A stretch of DNA of 64,000 nucleotides. Source: an uncultured Candidatus Saccharibacteria bacterium. Lineage in GTDB: Bacteria; Patescibacteriota; Minisyncoccia; Phycocordibacterales; UBA6899. Below, in pieces: positions 9,085 through 19,640 of the stretch. Where the stretch lies: NCBI GenBank assembly GCA_964515375.1, contig CAZERF010000005.1, positions 22,482 through 86,481 on the forward strand, read 5' to 3'. The notes beneath the pieces were generated by a model that was not told the origin of the DNA, ran no database searches, and saw only the letters and a list, made by a program, of their open reading frames with translations. Position numbers and translations under genes: made by a program. Numbering within the stretch: position 1 is the first letter of the stretch; the number at the start of each line of letters is the position of its first letter.

Positions 9085-10827
9085 ATGGCAACACTCGACG
9101 AAAAGCGTCACACGCTCGCACATCTCCTGGCATCGGCAGCAAAAGTATTCGATCCGAAGGTCAAACTCGGCATCGGTCCGACCACAGACGACGGATTTTA
9201 CTACGATATGCAGTTCTCAAAAATTCCGACACCGGAGGACCTCAAGGAAATAGAGCGCGCGATGCGCAAACTCGTGAACAAGAAACTTCCGATGGAAGGA
9301 CGCGAGATCACCAAGAGCGAAGGCGAGACGATCTTTGCCGACCAACCCTTCAAACTCGAACTCTTGAGCGAATATGCCGACACAAAGAAGACTCTCACGG
9401 CATACACCGTCGGCGAATTCACCGACCTCTGCAAGGGAGGCCATGCGGAGAATACGGGAGATATCGACCCTGACTCTTTTGCCCTCTCTCGTATTGCCGG
9501 GGCGTACTGGCGCGGTGACGAAAAGAACCCCATGCTCACGCGCATCTACGGACTCGCATTTGAGACAGGCGCGGACCTCACCGAACACCTCCGCATGCTC
9601 GAGGAGGCCAAGAAACGCGACCATCGCAAGCTCGGCAAGGAGCTCGGACTCTTTGTCTTCTCCGATCTCGTCGGCCCCGGACTTCCGCTATGGACACCAA
9701 AGGGAACCATTATGCGCGAAGTATTGAATGACTTCGTGTGGGAACTGCGCAAGGCAAAAGGATATCAGAAAGTGACGATCCCGCACATCACCAAACGTGA
9801 TCTCTATGAAACAAGCGGACATTGGACCAAATATGCCGACGATCTTTTCAAGGTCTCAACGCGAGAAAAGAAAGAATACGCAATGAAACCAATGAACTGC
9901 CCTCATCACACACAGATCTTTGCGGCAGAACCGCGCTCCTATCGCGACATGCCACAACGCTACGCCGAAACGACGATGGTCTATCGCGACGAGCAGTCCG
10001 GCGAGCTCTCGGGGCTCTCTCGTGTTCTCTCTATCACTCAAGACGACGCGCATGTCTTTTGTCGTGAAAATCAGATCGAGCAGGAAGTCTTCGCGATCTG
10101 GGATATCATTGATCGTTTCTATGGAACATTCGGCTTCACCAAACTCTCCGTACGCTTCTCGCGCCATGACCCCGAAGAGTTCCAAAAATATCTCGGAACA
10201 AAAGAAACATGGCAAAAGGCTGAGAGTGCCATTCTTGCACTCATGAAAAAACGCGGTATCGATGATTATATCGACGGCAAGGGCGAGGCGGCGATCTATG
10301 GACCAAAGATCGATTTCATTGCCAAAGATTCCATCGGTCGCACGCAACAGATCGCCACGATCCAGCTCGACTTCATTCAGCCCGAAAACTTCGGACTTGT
10401 CTGCGCAAATGAAAAGGGTGAGAAGGAACGCATCGTTATGATCCACTGTGCGATCATGGGCTCGATCGAACGTTTCCTCTCCGTCATGATCGAACACTTG
10501 GCCGGCAACTTCCCGCTCTGGCTCGCGCCGGTCCAGGTCGCGATCCTTCCGATCGGAGAAGCTCATCACGCTTTCGCAAAGGAGGTCGACGAGCGACTCC
10601 GCGCCGTAGATATTCGCACCGCGCTTCACCTCGAAAGCGACTCGCTCGGCAAGAAGATCCGCGACGTAAAGTCCTCCAAGATTCCCTACTCGCTCGTGAT
10701 CGGCGACGCCGAAGTTGCCGCAGGAGAAGCGACACTCGAGAGTCGCGATCAAGGCAAGATCGGAGCGCTTCCGATCGATGTCCTTGTTGAACGTCTTCAC
10801 AAAGAGAACTCAGAACGAACGCTCTGA
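9085..10827 (+). CDS. thrS: Threonyl-tRNA synthetase
   Basis: Class II aaRS motifs, MNCPHHTQIF, C-terminal anticodon-binding domain. The ORF opens at 8872 but overlaps the leader, so the start is likely MATLDEKRHT at 9085. Ends TGA. Confidence 0.9.
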   Translation: MATLDEKRHTLAHLLASAAKVFDPKVKLGIGPTTDDGFYYDMQFSKIPTPEDLKEIERAMRKLVNKKLPMEGREITKSEGETIFADQPFKLELLSEYADTKKTLTAYTVGEFTDLCKGGHAENTGDIDPDSFALSRIAGAYWRGDEKNPMLTRIYGLAFETGADLTEHLRMLEEAKKRDHRKLGKELGLFVFSDLVGPGLPLWTPKGTIMREVLNDFVWELRKAKGYQKVTIPHITKRDLYETSGHWTKYADDLFKVSTREKKEYAMKPMNCPHHTQIFAAEPRSYRDMPQRYAETTMVYRDEQSGELSGLSRVLSITQDDAHVFCRENQIEQEVFAIWDIIDRFYGTFGFTKLSVRFSRHDPEEFQKYLGTKETWQKAESAILALMKKRGIDDYIDGKGEAAIYGPKIDFIAKDSIGRTQQIATIQLDFIQPENFGLVCANEKGEKERIVMIHCAIMGSIERFLSVMIEHLAGNFPLWLAPVQVAILPIGEAHHAFAKEVDERLRAVDIRTALHLESDSLGKKIRDVKSSKIPYSLVIGDAEVAAGEATLESRDQGKIGALPIDVLVERLHKENSERTL

Positions 10828-10841
10828 AACATCTTCTCTCG

Positions 10842-10878
10842 CAAAAAAAACACCCGCGTAATGCGGGTGTTTTTTGCG
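10842..10878. terminator. Bidirectional rho-independent terminator between thrS and gyrB
   Basis: A8-cacccgc-gtaat-gcgggtg-T6. Confidence 0.7.
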
Positions 10879-10894
10879 AACAAGAGGCCACGAA

Positions 10895-12967
10895 TCACAC
10901 GTCCAAGCTTGCGTACTTTGCGTTAGACTGAATGAAACTTTTGCGCGGGGCAACCTCAGTTCCCATCAAAAGATCGAAAACAATATCGGCATCCTGAGCA
11001 TCCTCGACTGCAACTTGTTTCAAGATACGATTACCCGGATCCATTGTCGTTTCCCACAACTCTTCGGGATTCATCTCTCCAAGACCCTTGTAGCGTTGAA
11101 TATGAAGCTTTGCGGCCTTCTTTGCCTTGATCTCTTCTTTTTCCTCCTCTTCCACGGGCTCATCACCACTCTCTCCTTCCGCTCCTTCAACCTCAAGCTC
11201 CGACATGTCGATTCCCTGCTCCTTCAAGAAGGTGTTCTTCTGCTCGTCGGAATAGAAGTAATGCGTCTCCTTGCCTTGTTTGACCTTGTAGAGTGGCGGC
11301 TGGGCGATATAGACATGCCCTGCCTCGATGACCGGTCGGAAGTAACGATAGAACAATGTAAGCAAGAGGGTACGAATATGTTCTCCATCAACATCGGCAT
11401 CGGTTGCAATGATGATCTTGTGGTACCGCAACTTCGCGATATCAAAGACATCACCGATCGCAGTGCCGAGCGCGATCACGAGCGCCTTCACTTCATTCGA
11501 AGCAAGCATCTTGTCGAGACGCGCACGTTCCACATTCAATATCTTTCCCTTGAGCGGGAGGATCGCCTGCGTGCGACGGTCGCGACCCTGTTTTGACGAG
11601 CCACCGGCGGAGTCTCCCTCGACGATGAAGAGTTCGGATTCTTCGGCGCTACGACTTTGACAGTCCGCAAGCTTTCCAGGAAGCGTGAGCCCGTCGAGCA
11701 CCCCCTTACGAAGCACAGAATCCTTTGCCGCTTTCGCCGCCTTGCGCGCCTTGAGCGCGATCACAACCTTTTGAATGATCGCCTTGGCGTCGTCGGGATG
11801 CTCTTCCAGATACATAGCAAAAGCAGAACCGAACACCGCCTCAGTTGCACCGCGTGCCTCCACCGATCCAAGCTTCGCCTTGGTCTGACCCTCGAACTGG
11901 ATCTCCGGCATCTTGATCGAAATGACCACGGTCAGCCCTTCACGAACATCATCCCCCGTAAAGCTCTCATCCGCATCCTTTGCAAGACCGTTTCGCTTTG
12001 CGTAATCATTCAAGGTTCGCGTGAGCGCGGTGCGAAAGCCCGTTACATGCATACCCCCTTCGGAGTTGTAGGTATCATTGGCAAACGCGATCTCACGCGA
12101 CGAAATATCATCGATATACTGCAATGCCACCTCGACACTTACATTCCCCTCCTGCTTGTCGACATAAAAGATCTCCTTGTGGATGGGTTTCTGGAACTTG
12201 TTGTAGAATTTGATGAGCGAATACAACCCCCCCTCAAAGAAGAAGGAAGTGGAGGGGACATTGTACCCCGCGTCCTTGAGGTAAAAATTATTGTCGACAT
12301 CGATCTTGCCCGTGTAGTCTCGGAGGTCCAAGATGTTGATCTCGACACCCTTCACGAGATATGCCTGCTGACGCAAATGCGCGACGATCTGATTCCAGTT
12401 GAACTTGATCTCACTGAAGATCTCGGGATCGGGATCAAAGAGTACGATCGTTCCGCGCATGTCCGAGCTTGCCACACGCTTCACCTTTGCCTTCTGTTTT
12501 CCTCGCACATAATCTTGCATATGCGCACCTCCGTCACGATGAACGATCACTTTTGCGTATTGAGAAAGCGCGTTCACCACAGAAGCACCGACACCATGAA
12601 GGCCTCCGGAGACCTTGTATCCGCTCCCTTCGCCACCAAACTTTCCTCCCGCGTGAAGCGTGGTCATAACCGTCTCGAGCGCGGAAACCTTTGTGGTCTT
12701 GTGCACCTCAACAGGAATACCGCGACCATTGTCGACCACTCGTACCTGATTGCCGGGAAGGAACGCAACCTCAATCCGCGAGCAGTGTCCGCCCATCGCC
12801 TCGTCGCGCGAATTGTCGAAGATCTCCCAGATCAAATGATGAAGCCCCTCCACGCCCGTCGACCCGATATACATTCCGGGACGCTTCCGTACCGGCTCAA
12901 GCCCCTCGAGCACCTGGATCGCCTCCGCCCCGTATCCTTTTGTCTCTTTTTCGTTATTCTTTGCCAT
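10895..12967 (-). CDS. gyrB: DNA gyrase subunit B
   Basis: GHKL ATPase (GLHGVGASVVNALS), TOPRIM, C-terminal ...YASLDV. Confidence 0.95.
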   Translation of the reverse strand: MAKNNEKETKGYGAEAIQVLEGLEPVRKRPGMYIGSTGVEGLHHLIWEIFDNSRDEAMGGHCSRIEVAFLPGNQVRVVDNGRGIPVEVHKTTKVSALETVMTTLHAGGKFGGEGSGYKVSGGLHGVGASVVNALSQYAKVIVHRDGGAHMQDYVRGKQKAKVKRVASSDMRGTIVLFDPDPEIFSEIKFNWNQIVAHLRQQAYLVKGVEINILDLRDYTGKIDVDNNFYLKDAGYNVPSTSFFFEGGLYSLIKFYNKFQKPIHKEIFYVDKQEGNVSVEVALQYIDDISSREIAFANDTYNSEGGMHVTGFRTALTRTLNDYAKRNGLAKDADESFTGDDVREGLTVVISIKMPEIQFEGQTKAKLGSVEARGATEAVFGSAFAMYLEEHPDDAKAIIQKVVIALKARKAAKAAKDSVLRKGVLDGLTLPGKLADCQSRSAEESELFIVEGDSAGGSSKQGRDRRTQAILPLKGKILNVERARLDKMLASNEVKALVIALGTAIGDVFDIAKLRYHKIIIATDADVDGEHIRTLLLTLFYRYFRPVIEAGHVYIAQPPLYKVKQGKETHYFYSDEQKNTFLKEQGIDMSELEVEGAEGESGDEPVEEEEKEEIKAKKAAKLHIQRYKGLGEMNPEELWETTMDPGNRILKQVAVEDAQDADIVFDLLMGTEVAPRKSFIQSNAKYASLDV

Positions 12968-13245
12968 TGTGTTTTATACATGAAGTCCGCCCCGAAGACA
13001 TGTTCTCGCGTGCCCTTCCCTGCGAAGAACACTCAAGAAAAAGTCCCCGATGCGGACGTGCTGATGTCGCTCATTATACCAAGAAAAGCCCCACACTCAA
13101 AGAATATATGAGGATGGGCTTCTTCCTTTTTGGAAATAACCACTAAAAAATATCCTTATTTTTCAACATTATTTGAATCATCTCTTGTTCTCACCAAAAA
13201 AACATGGTACTACTGGTAAAGACCTCAACACACAAGGAAGACACC

Positions 13246-13362
13246 ATGAAAAAACGTAAGAAGAACAGCACCCACCCAGTCCGTGTCGGACTGGGCGCGC
13301 TTTTTGCCTCTGTCGCAATGCTCTCTTTCGGCTTTGCGGCAGGAGCACTGTTCCTTTCCTGA
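13246..13362 (+). CDS. Small hydrophobic peptide (38 aa), hypothetical
   Basis: AAGGAAG RBS 7 nt before the ATG. MKKRKKNSTHPVRVGLGALFASVAMLSFGFAAGALFLS. Followed by a hairpin terminator. Confidence 0.35.
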   Translation: MKKRKKNSTHPVRVGLGALFASVAMLSFGFAAGALFLS

Positions 13363-13371
13363 ATCACAAAA

Positions 13372-13400
13372 AAGGCCTCCGTGGTAAACACGGAGGCCTT
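13372..13400. terminator. Bidirectional terminator (serves pheT on the minus strand)
   Basis: aggcctccgtg-gtaaa-cacggaggcct, with TTTTTTGT on the minus strand. Confidence 0.6.
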
Positions 13401-13422
13401 TCCTGTATCTCTTATCCCATGA

Positions 13423-15378
13423 TCACGCGCGAACCTGCCAAGACGGCTGTGCCATGCGCAATGCGTCAACGACACGATCAGAAACACTGTTGGCCTCGTC
13501 GTCAGAAAGCGTCCGCTCGTCGGACTGCAGGAGCATACGAAACGCGAATGACTTGCGCGACTGCTCGGGTTGCTCAAAGACATCGATAAGGGTGAGGGCG
13601 CGAACCAGTGGACCCATCACATGACGGATCACCGTTTCAACCTCACGTGCGCGGGTCTCGATCGGAACAAAAAGAGACACATCACGAACCACCGACGGAT
13701 ACCGAGACGGCATCTTGAAAATGATCCGGTCGTCTGCACGTGCGACAAGGAGACTCATGTCAAGCTCAAGTCCGTTTAGGGTCATCGTACCGAGCACCTC
13801 ATCACCGACCATGATACTTGCGACAAGTTCTCCTCCCGCTTCTTCGAAATAAACACCAGAAACACCAAGCTCTTGAGTTATCGCCTCAATGACCCCCTTC
13901 AATACAAAAAAGTCCCGCTTCTGTTCTGACTCCTTGCGCTTGTGAAAGCCCATGCATATTGCAAAGGAACTTTCTTCAAGGAGCATCCCCTTTTCCCTTC
14001 CGAAGATGTGTCCAAACTCGAAGATACGGACATCGGAAGTATGCTTGAGGTTCTCGGCTACCGCACTCTTGAGTCCCGTCATAAGCGTGTTGCGAAGATA
14101 CTTCTTGTCCGCGGCAATCGGATTTGCAACCTCTATCTCACCCTTACCCATGAAGGCGTAGGTATAGACCTCGGAGAACCCCGCGCCAACCAGAATCGCG
14201 CGCATCAAGTCACGCACACGCCACTCGCGAGAAACGACAGGAGTTCCCGAGGTTTCGACCGGGAGCGTCGGAGTCAAGCGATGATACCCCATGAGTCGCC
14301 CCACCTCTTCGGCAAGATCCTCCGTGATGCGCAGATCGAGTCGTGGAGCAGGTATTGAAAGTGTGAACCGCGCCCCCCCTTCTTCCTGCTTTTTTATTGC
14401 GGGAATACCGAGACGCTTCCACACGCGCAGAACCTCACTTGCTGAAAAGTCGGTCCCGAGTATCCGATTGATCTCATCCGGAGTCACAGCGAGTGTGACC
14501 GGTCGTTCCTTTTTAGGATAGATGTCCACCACTCCGCCAACACGAGTTGAGGTTCCTCCTGCAAGTGAGAGAATGAGTGTCGCAACCTCAAGCAGCGCAG
14601 GAAGTGTCGCTTCGGACGTTCTCCCGGACTCGAAACGTTTTGATGCGTCGGTCTTGATCCCTAATCGCTGTGCGGTCATACGAATAGTACTTGCGTCAAA
14701 GTTCGCGGATTCGATAATGATCGTCGACGTAGCCATATCCACCTCCGCCCTTGTACCCCCCTTGATCCCGGCAAGCGCAAGCGGTGCTTCCTTGTCAGCA
14801 ATGACCATGATCGAAGGATCGAGCGAGACATACTTTCCGTCGAGTGTCGTCAAGGTCTCGGCCTCCTTTGCGGGGCGAACAATGATCGCACTCCCCGCAA
14901 CTTTTGCCTGATCGAACGCATGGAGGGGTTGCCCAGTCCGAAACATCACATAGTTTGTCGCATCCACGATATTGTTGATCGAACGCTGCCCCAATGTCTC
15001 AAGCGCCTCACGAAGCCATTTGGGAGAAGGACCGACTTTGATGCCTTGAATGATCACGCCCGAGTAGCGATGCGCGCGGGGATCACGGATCGTGACCGAG
15101 AGTTTTGGCACCTGCGCGGACGAACGAGGAAGTTTTGCTGTAGGAATACGCTTAAGCGGGAGTTCAAGTATTGCGGCAACCTCTCGAGCAACGCCCTCAT
15201 GAGAGAGGCAATCGTGCGTCCGATTAGGAAGCACCTTAAGATCGATCACAATATCACCTTTCACCTTGACGATCTCTTCGATCTCAAAGGCGTGAAAGGT
15301 CAGTGCCTCTCCCAACTTCTCGGGTTTTGGAAGCGGTGAGGCAAAATAAGACTGGAGCAGTTTGTATGAGATAAGCAT
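13423..15378 (-). CDS. pheT: Phenylalanyl-tRNA synthetase beta subunit (short form, 651 aa)
   Basis: B3/4 and B5 domain similarity (QPLHAFD..., LREALETLG). Lacks the N-terminal tRNA-binding domain. Confidence 0.9.
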   Translation of the reverse strand: MLISYKLLQSYFASPLPKPEKLGEALTFHAFEIEEIVKVKGDIVIDLKVLPNRTHDCLSHEGVAREVAAILELPLKRIPTAKLPRSSAQVPKLSVTIRDPRAHRYSGVIIQGIKVGPSPKWLREALETLGQRSINNIVDATNYVMFRTGQPLHAFDQAKVAGSAIIVRPAKEAETLTTLDGKYVSLDPSIMVIADKEAPLALAGIKGGTRAEVDMATSTIIIESANFDASTIRMTAQRLGIKTDASKRFESGRTSEATLPALLEVATLILSLAGGTSTRVGGVVDIYPKKERPVTLAVTPDEINRILGTDFSASEVLRVWKRLGIPAIKKQEEGGARFTLSIPAPRLDLRITEDLAEEVGRLMGYHRLTPTLPVETSGTPVVSREWRVRDLMRAILVGAGFSEVYTYAFMGKGEIEVANPIAADKKYLRNTLMTGLKSAVAENLKHTSDVRIFEFGHIFGREKGMLLEESSFAICMGFHKRKESEQKRDFFVLKGVIEAITQELGVSGVYFEEAGGELVASIMVGDEVLGTMTLNGLELDMSLLVARADDRIIFKMPSRYPSVVRDVSLFVPIETRAREVETVIRHVMGPLVRALTLIDVFEQPEQSRKSFAFRMLLQSDERTLSDDEANSVSDRVVDALRMAQPSWQVRA

Positions 15379-15390
15379 ACGCCAAAAAAA

Positions 15391-16236
15391 TTAGACCGAA
15401 GGGAATTGCCGAATAAGACGCAAGTCGCCGGTGTAGAGCATGCGCACATCGGGGATCCCGTATTTGAGCGCAACGAAACGATCGACCCCTCCACCGAATG
15501 CAAATCCCTGCCATTCGTCCGGATCGATCCCACCCGCGCGCAACACCTCGGGATGCACCATTCCCGCACCCATGACCTCGATCCACTTCTCTACTTTTCC
15601 TTTTGCGTCAGTCCAACCAATATCGATCTCAACCGACGGCTCCGTGAATGGGAAATAGCTGGGGCGAAAACGTACCTCCATCTTCCGACCGAACACCTGC
15701 TCAAAGAATGACGAGAGGATACCCTTGAGGTCCGAGAGTGCGACTCTTCGTCCGATCATGAGACCTTCGAATTGATAGAATTGCGTTTCGTGCGTCGCGT
15801 CGGTCGCTTCGTAACGATACACCTTCCCCGGAGCAATGATGCGGATCGGTGGTTCATGCTTCTCCATATGGCGGATCTGTACAGGGGAAGTATGGGTACG
15901 CAAAAGAAGTCGCTCCAGATTGTTCCTCCCCTTCCCGTCCGCCTTCTCCTCTGTAGGGCGGAGCCAAAACGTGTCCCACATATCACGCGCTGGGTGATCC
16001 TTCGGTATATTGAGTGCGTCAAAGTTGTAATGCTCTGTCTCCACCTCCGGTCCATCCGCAACCGAAAACCCCATTCCCCCAAAGATCGTCACGATGTCAC
16101 GCATCATGACCGTGACCGGATGTAGGTTCCCCCGTTCGGGGGGGATCCCGGGGACAGTCACGTCGATACCAAGTTTGGTGCTCATATTCATTCCGCCATT
16201 ATAGGCAAAAAGACCAAAAAGACCAAGCATTGCCAT
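15391..16236 (-). CDS. pheS: Phenylalanyl-tRNA synthetase alpha subunit (short, 281 aa)
   Basis: FDALNIPKDHPARDMWDTFW, FRPSYFPFTEPSVEID, GFAFGGGVDR class II motifs. Confidence 0.9.
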   Translation of the reverse strand: MAMLGLFGLFAYNGGMNMSTKLGIDVTVPGIPPERGNLHPVTVMMRDIVTIFGGMGFSVADGPEVETEHYNFDALNIPKDHPARDMWDTFWLRPTEEKADGKGRNNLERLLLRTHTSPVQIRHMEKHEPPIRIIAPGKVYRYEATDATHETQFYQFEGLMIGRRVALSDLKGILSSFFEQVFGRKMEVRFRPSYFPFTEPSVEIDIGWTDAKGKVEKWIEVMGAGMVHPEVLRAGGIDPDEWQGFAFGGGVDRFVALKYGIPDVRMLYTGDLRLIRQFPSV

Positions 16237-16277
16237 ACTTGGTCTTTTCTTCTACTAAACCGAAGAAAATAATTCTT

Positions 16278-19200
16278 CTAGCGTTCGATGTACTGGACGC
16301 TGGGAGGCACCCCGATGCCAGAAATGTCAAAATTTGCAAAAGAGAGTCCTGAGAGCGAGACTACTCCGCCAAACTTTCCCACCGCAGTTGGGGCAAAACG
16401 AATCACGATCGTTGTGTTCCCTTTTGAATCAAGGTGATAAGGGCATTTCCCATTAACAAGTGGCCCGGCAGAAGAAAAAATACATCTAAACATTCCACTT
16501 GCACTGTCGACGTCAAACAATCCAAATCCAAAATCAGCTGTTCCTGTATTTTGAATGGTCATTGATTGGTCGCGATATCTATTTACAACAGTTGCAGGGA
16601 ATGTTTGCCCAGAACCTAATATTGTGATGATCGACGTGAACAAACCCTCACCGTTCAGATTCATTTCAAGGGGTCCATTTATCGTATTTACTCCGGAAAA
16701 GCGAACTGTTCCGGGAAGCGACCCCGTATCCATCGGTAAGAACCGAAGCAATACATCTTTATAATTATCCTGAGAAACCGTAAACGCACACCCTGTTGCC
16801 GCCGGTTGACATGAATACGTATCACCACCATTGGAAAAGGTAACTCCGATCGACATATTACCAACTCCCACATTCCACAAACGAACATACTTCTCTTTCT
16901 CTGAAGCAAGATTTGAAGAGCCAAAATCAAGAAAATTATAAACTTCAGTATAACTATTCGGATCATCAACGCTCGTTGGCGTCAACTTCATGATCGGTGA
17001 ATTAATACCAACACCACTGATCGAACGTGATACAGAGTTATCCTCCCCATCAAATGTAATTGATGTATTAATAGGACCCGTTGCTGAAGGATAAAACGCG
17101 AAAGTAAATGAAGTGGTTGCGCCAGGCGCAAGAGAAACGACAAAACACGGAGAAGGATCGATGCACCTAAATACGGAAGTGTTCATGTATGCATCAAGAA
17201 ATACGTATGTCGCGCGGAGACCAACATTTTTGACCTCAAAAGATTTTTCAGGTGCATCACCACCCACCCTCGTCTCGGAAAAAATATGAGTAACGGGAGT
17301 GACCTCAATATACGACGAAGCGATTGAATCCCCTTCAACGTCGTAGCGTGTTGTCTTTGTCGCATAATCTCCAAAGTGATATTGGATAGTGATTTCACCA
17401 TCAAAACCACTGGCATAATTTGGTTCAAAAGCAATTTTTGCAATACGTTCTGTGTAAGTATCATTTAGAATGAACGGTCCGCAATTCTCGAAACATCTGA
17501 ATGTACTTGTTGAAGAAGTAACTTGATACCACACAGAAGTCCCCGAACTTCCTGAGCGTGCAACCCTTAATCTCAAAGACTTATTTTGAACAGGAGTATT
17601 GTAGTAAGTTGTTCCGTAATCGATAGTTCCCGAATAGACACCCGGAGTAGGAAGAGAGTACCACCCTTCATCCTCATCCTCCGCCGATATACTTACTCCT
17701 GGATTGATGCCAGTACCTTGAAACGTAACTGATGTTCCCACAATGGTGAATGACCCCGTGTGTAGACCCAGAGAGGTGGGTTTAAACGTGAATTGTGTTG
17801 TTGTTGATTGCCCTCCCCCCAGTTCAAAAGAACAGTTCTGAGCGCAAGAAAAGGCACTCGGCGTCCCAAAACTCGCGGCTGAAAGGGAGACAGTAGTTGT
17901 TCCAACTCCAATATTTCTTATCGCGTAGGATGTTGTTGCGGTTGTATTCAGTAAAACATTACCAAAATTGATCCTCGTACCTCCTGCCGCAACAAGCAAT
18001 GGTAGATCATTACCATTGGCACTTAAACTGATGCTAACTGACGGAAGTCCAGTTGGAAACTCGTTAGTCAGAGAAGCAACCGTTGATGTTGCGCCGGCGA
18101 CAAGTGGTGAAAAATGTATTGTCCCTACGAACCTATATCCCTGCGAGGGGGTCACAGAGGCGTAATGATGACCAATACCCGACACGGAGGCTGGCTCAAA
18201 CGAGAAGCCATTGCTTGGGAGACCGAGCATCCTCCCCGAAAGATCACTCAGGGAGGCTCCGCTATTTTTCACATAAACACTGATCGAAGATGTTGCGCCC
18301 ATATTCACAATACCTGCGTCCCATGAATTCCAACAAGTGTTTGACTGATAAAGACAGACCGTGAGAACAGGGATGTCCGAAACACTCGAACGCAATTCCG
18401 TTGTTGTTCCTCTACCAACCAGTGCTGTCAAAGTTGCACGATCAACGCGCGCAGGATTCGCAGATAATGGGATAAAATAAATATAAATAGCCTTTTCTTG
18501 ACCACCCAAGAGGGAGTAACGACAACCAGATATCCCACCCTGACACGAATATTCCCCTTCACCTGGAAGCACAATAGCCCCTTCAAGGAGTCCACCACCG
18601 GAGTTTTTTACCGTCAGTATCTCTGGTCCAAAATATGGGGGGTTACCCAAATAGCCAAAGCCAAAATCTACAGGACCCGAAGGAGTGATCGTTGCCTCTG
18701 GTAACACATCTTCTCCAACCGCTCTTAGTTGTATTCGCCTTGAAACAGTAGGATTGTCACATGCATAAGGAATGTTTGCAGTACAATTAAATATCACTTC
18801 CTGGTCCCATTCACCCTCTTCCACGGGGGCGATTTTTATTGTTACAGGAACATCAGTTTGCCCGGGAGCAAGCGTATCCGCACAACCAGCAGTACAATAA
18901 AACGGTGCCGAGAGCGTCGAGATATTATAATTAAGAGACCTCAAACCAGTATTGCTTACATAAAAAGTTTTTGTCTGGACATCGCCAGTAAGAATATTAT
19001 CAAAAATAGAATCTCCGGAAGGACTCACAATAAAGCGCGGGTTGTTGGGACGATCAACAGTATACTCACGACTAAGATAGAGTTGAGCCGAATAAAAATT
19101 CTTTTCTGTGGTTGCGCAAGTCTCAGAATCAGCATAAGTAGGAGGGAGGCCCCTTTTTTCTGCGGCAAGATTGATTTGATGCTTCACAGAACAGATCTCT

Positions 19201-19640
19201 CCGCCCCAAAATTCAATTTTCATCACGTGATCCCCGTCGGCCTGCCGTCCGATATTGTACGAAAAGGTACCGACAATAGCATTGTTCGGATCAGTATTTT
19301 CGGGAAGCTCAATATGACAACCCGCAGGGGCAGGACGTTGCATGCAATCAGCATCAGAATGTTCCTTATTAGGAACCTCAAAACCATCCTGCTTCACATA
19401 AATATTTCCCACCCACAACGGAGGTAGCATAAACTCTCCCGTCACAATAACATCATCCTCAAACCTGTAATCTTGCTCTCTCGCAGGAGTGATCCATTTT
19501 GTAATAATATCTCCTTCTGCAGCAACAGCATAAGAGGGAGAAATAAGACAGAGCAGTAAAACAAAAAAGAGGAGTGAAAAGAACCTCTTACGCAATTTCC
19601 TTAGTGGCAACATAATATTCTGAGAATTAAATAAGATCAC
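16278..19640 (-). CDS. Large secreted surface protein (1120 aa) with repeated beta-sandwich-like domains bearing paired cysteines
   Basis: Signal peptide; Ser/Thr/Gly/Asn-rich. Repeats of pattern F/Y-x-C-x(2-6)-C-x-F...L.PG...F.P...G...G (for example FSCAQNCSFELGGGQ, FRCFENCGPFILND, FRCIDPSPCFVVSLAPG, YSCQPAATGCAFTVS, FRCIFSSAGPLVNGKCPYHL). Clearly lower GC than flanking genes. Confidence 0.7.
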   Translation of the reverse strand: MILFNSQNIMLPLRKLRKRFFSLLFFVLLLCLISPSYAVAAEGDIITKWITPAREQDYRFEDDVIVTGEFMLPPLWVGNIYVKQDGFEVPNKEHSDADCMQRPAPAGCHIELPENTDPNNAIVGTFSYNIGRQADGDHVMKIEFWGGEICSVKHQINLAAEKRGLPPTYADSETCATTEKNFYSAQLYLSREYTVDRPNNPRFIVSPSGDSIFDNILTGDVQTKTFYVSNTGLRSLNYNISTLSAPFYCTAGCADTLAPGQTDVPVTIKIAPVEEGEWDQEVIFNCTANIPYACDNPTVSRRIQLRAVGEDVLPEATITPSGPVDFGFGYLGNPPYFGPEILTVKNSGGGLLEGAIVLPGEGEYSCQGGISGCRYSLLGGQEKAIYIYFIPLSANPARVDRATLTALVGRGTTTELRSSVSDIPVLTVCLYQSNTCWNSWDAGIVNMGATSSISVYVKNSGASLSDLSGRMLGLPSNGFSFEPASVSGIGHHYASVTPSQGYRFVGTIHFSPLVAGATSTVASLTNEFPTGLPSVSISLSANGNDLPLLVAAGGTRINFGNVLLNTTATTSYAIRNIGVGTTTVSLSAASFGTPSAFSCAQNCSFELGGGQSTTTQFTFKPTSLGLHTGSFTIVGTSVTFQGTGINPGVSISAEDEDEGWYSLPTPGVYSGTIDYGTTYYNTPVQNKSLRLRVARSGSSGTSVWYQVTSSTSTFRCFENCGPFILNDTYTERIAKIAFEPNYASGFDGEITIQYHFGDYATKTTRYDVEGDSIASSYIEVTPVTHIFSETRVGGDAPEKSFEVKNVGLRATYVFLDAYMNTSVFRCIDPSPCFVVSLAPGATTSFTFAFYPSATGPINTSITFDGEDNSVSRSISGVGINSPIMKLTPTSVDDPNSYTEVYNFLDFGSSNLASEKEKYVRLWNVGVGNMSIGVTFSNGGDTYSCQPAATGCAFTVSQDNYKDVLLRFLPMDTGSLPGTVRFSGVNTINGPLEMNLNGEGLFTSIITILGSGQTFPATVVNRYRDQSMTIQNTGTADFGFGLFDVDSASGMFRCIFSSAGPLVNGKCPYHLDSKGNTTIVIRFAPTAVGKFGGVVSLSGLSFANFDISGIGVPPSVQYIER

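Noticed and set aside
13112-13245. Possible hairpin/sRNA (aagcccca...tgggctt) upstream of the 38-aa ORF.
   Set aside because: The stem is imperfect and short, and no flanking promoter or terminator logic was found. More likely it is part of the divergent gyrB/small-ORF promoter region.
16237-16300. A second att-like copy of the tRNA-Thr 3' end at the far side of the low-GC surface-protein segment.
   Set aside because: No match to the tRNA 3' sequence was found there, so a classical tRNA-integrated island with attL/attR cannot be claimed.
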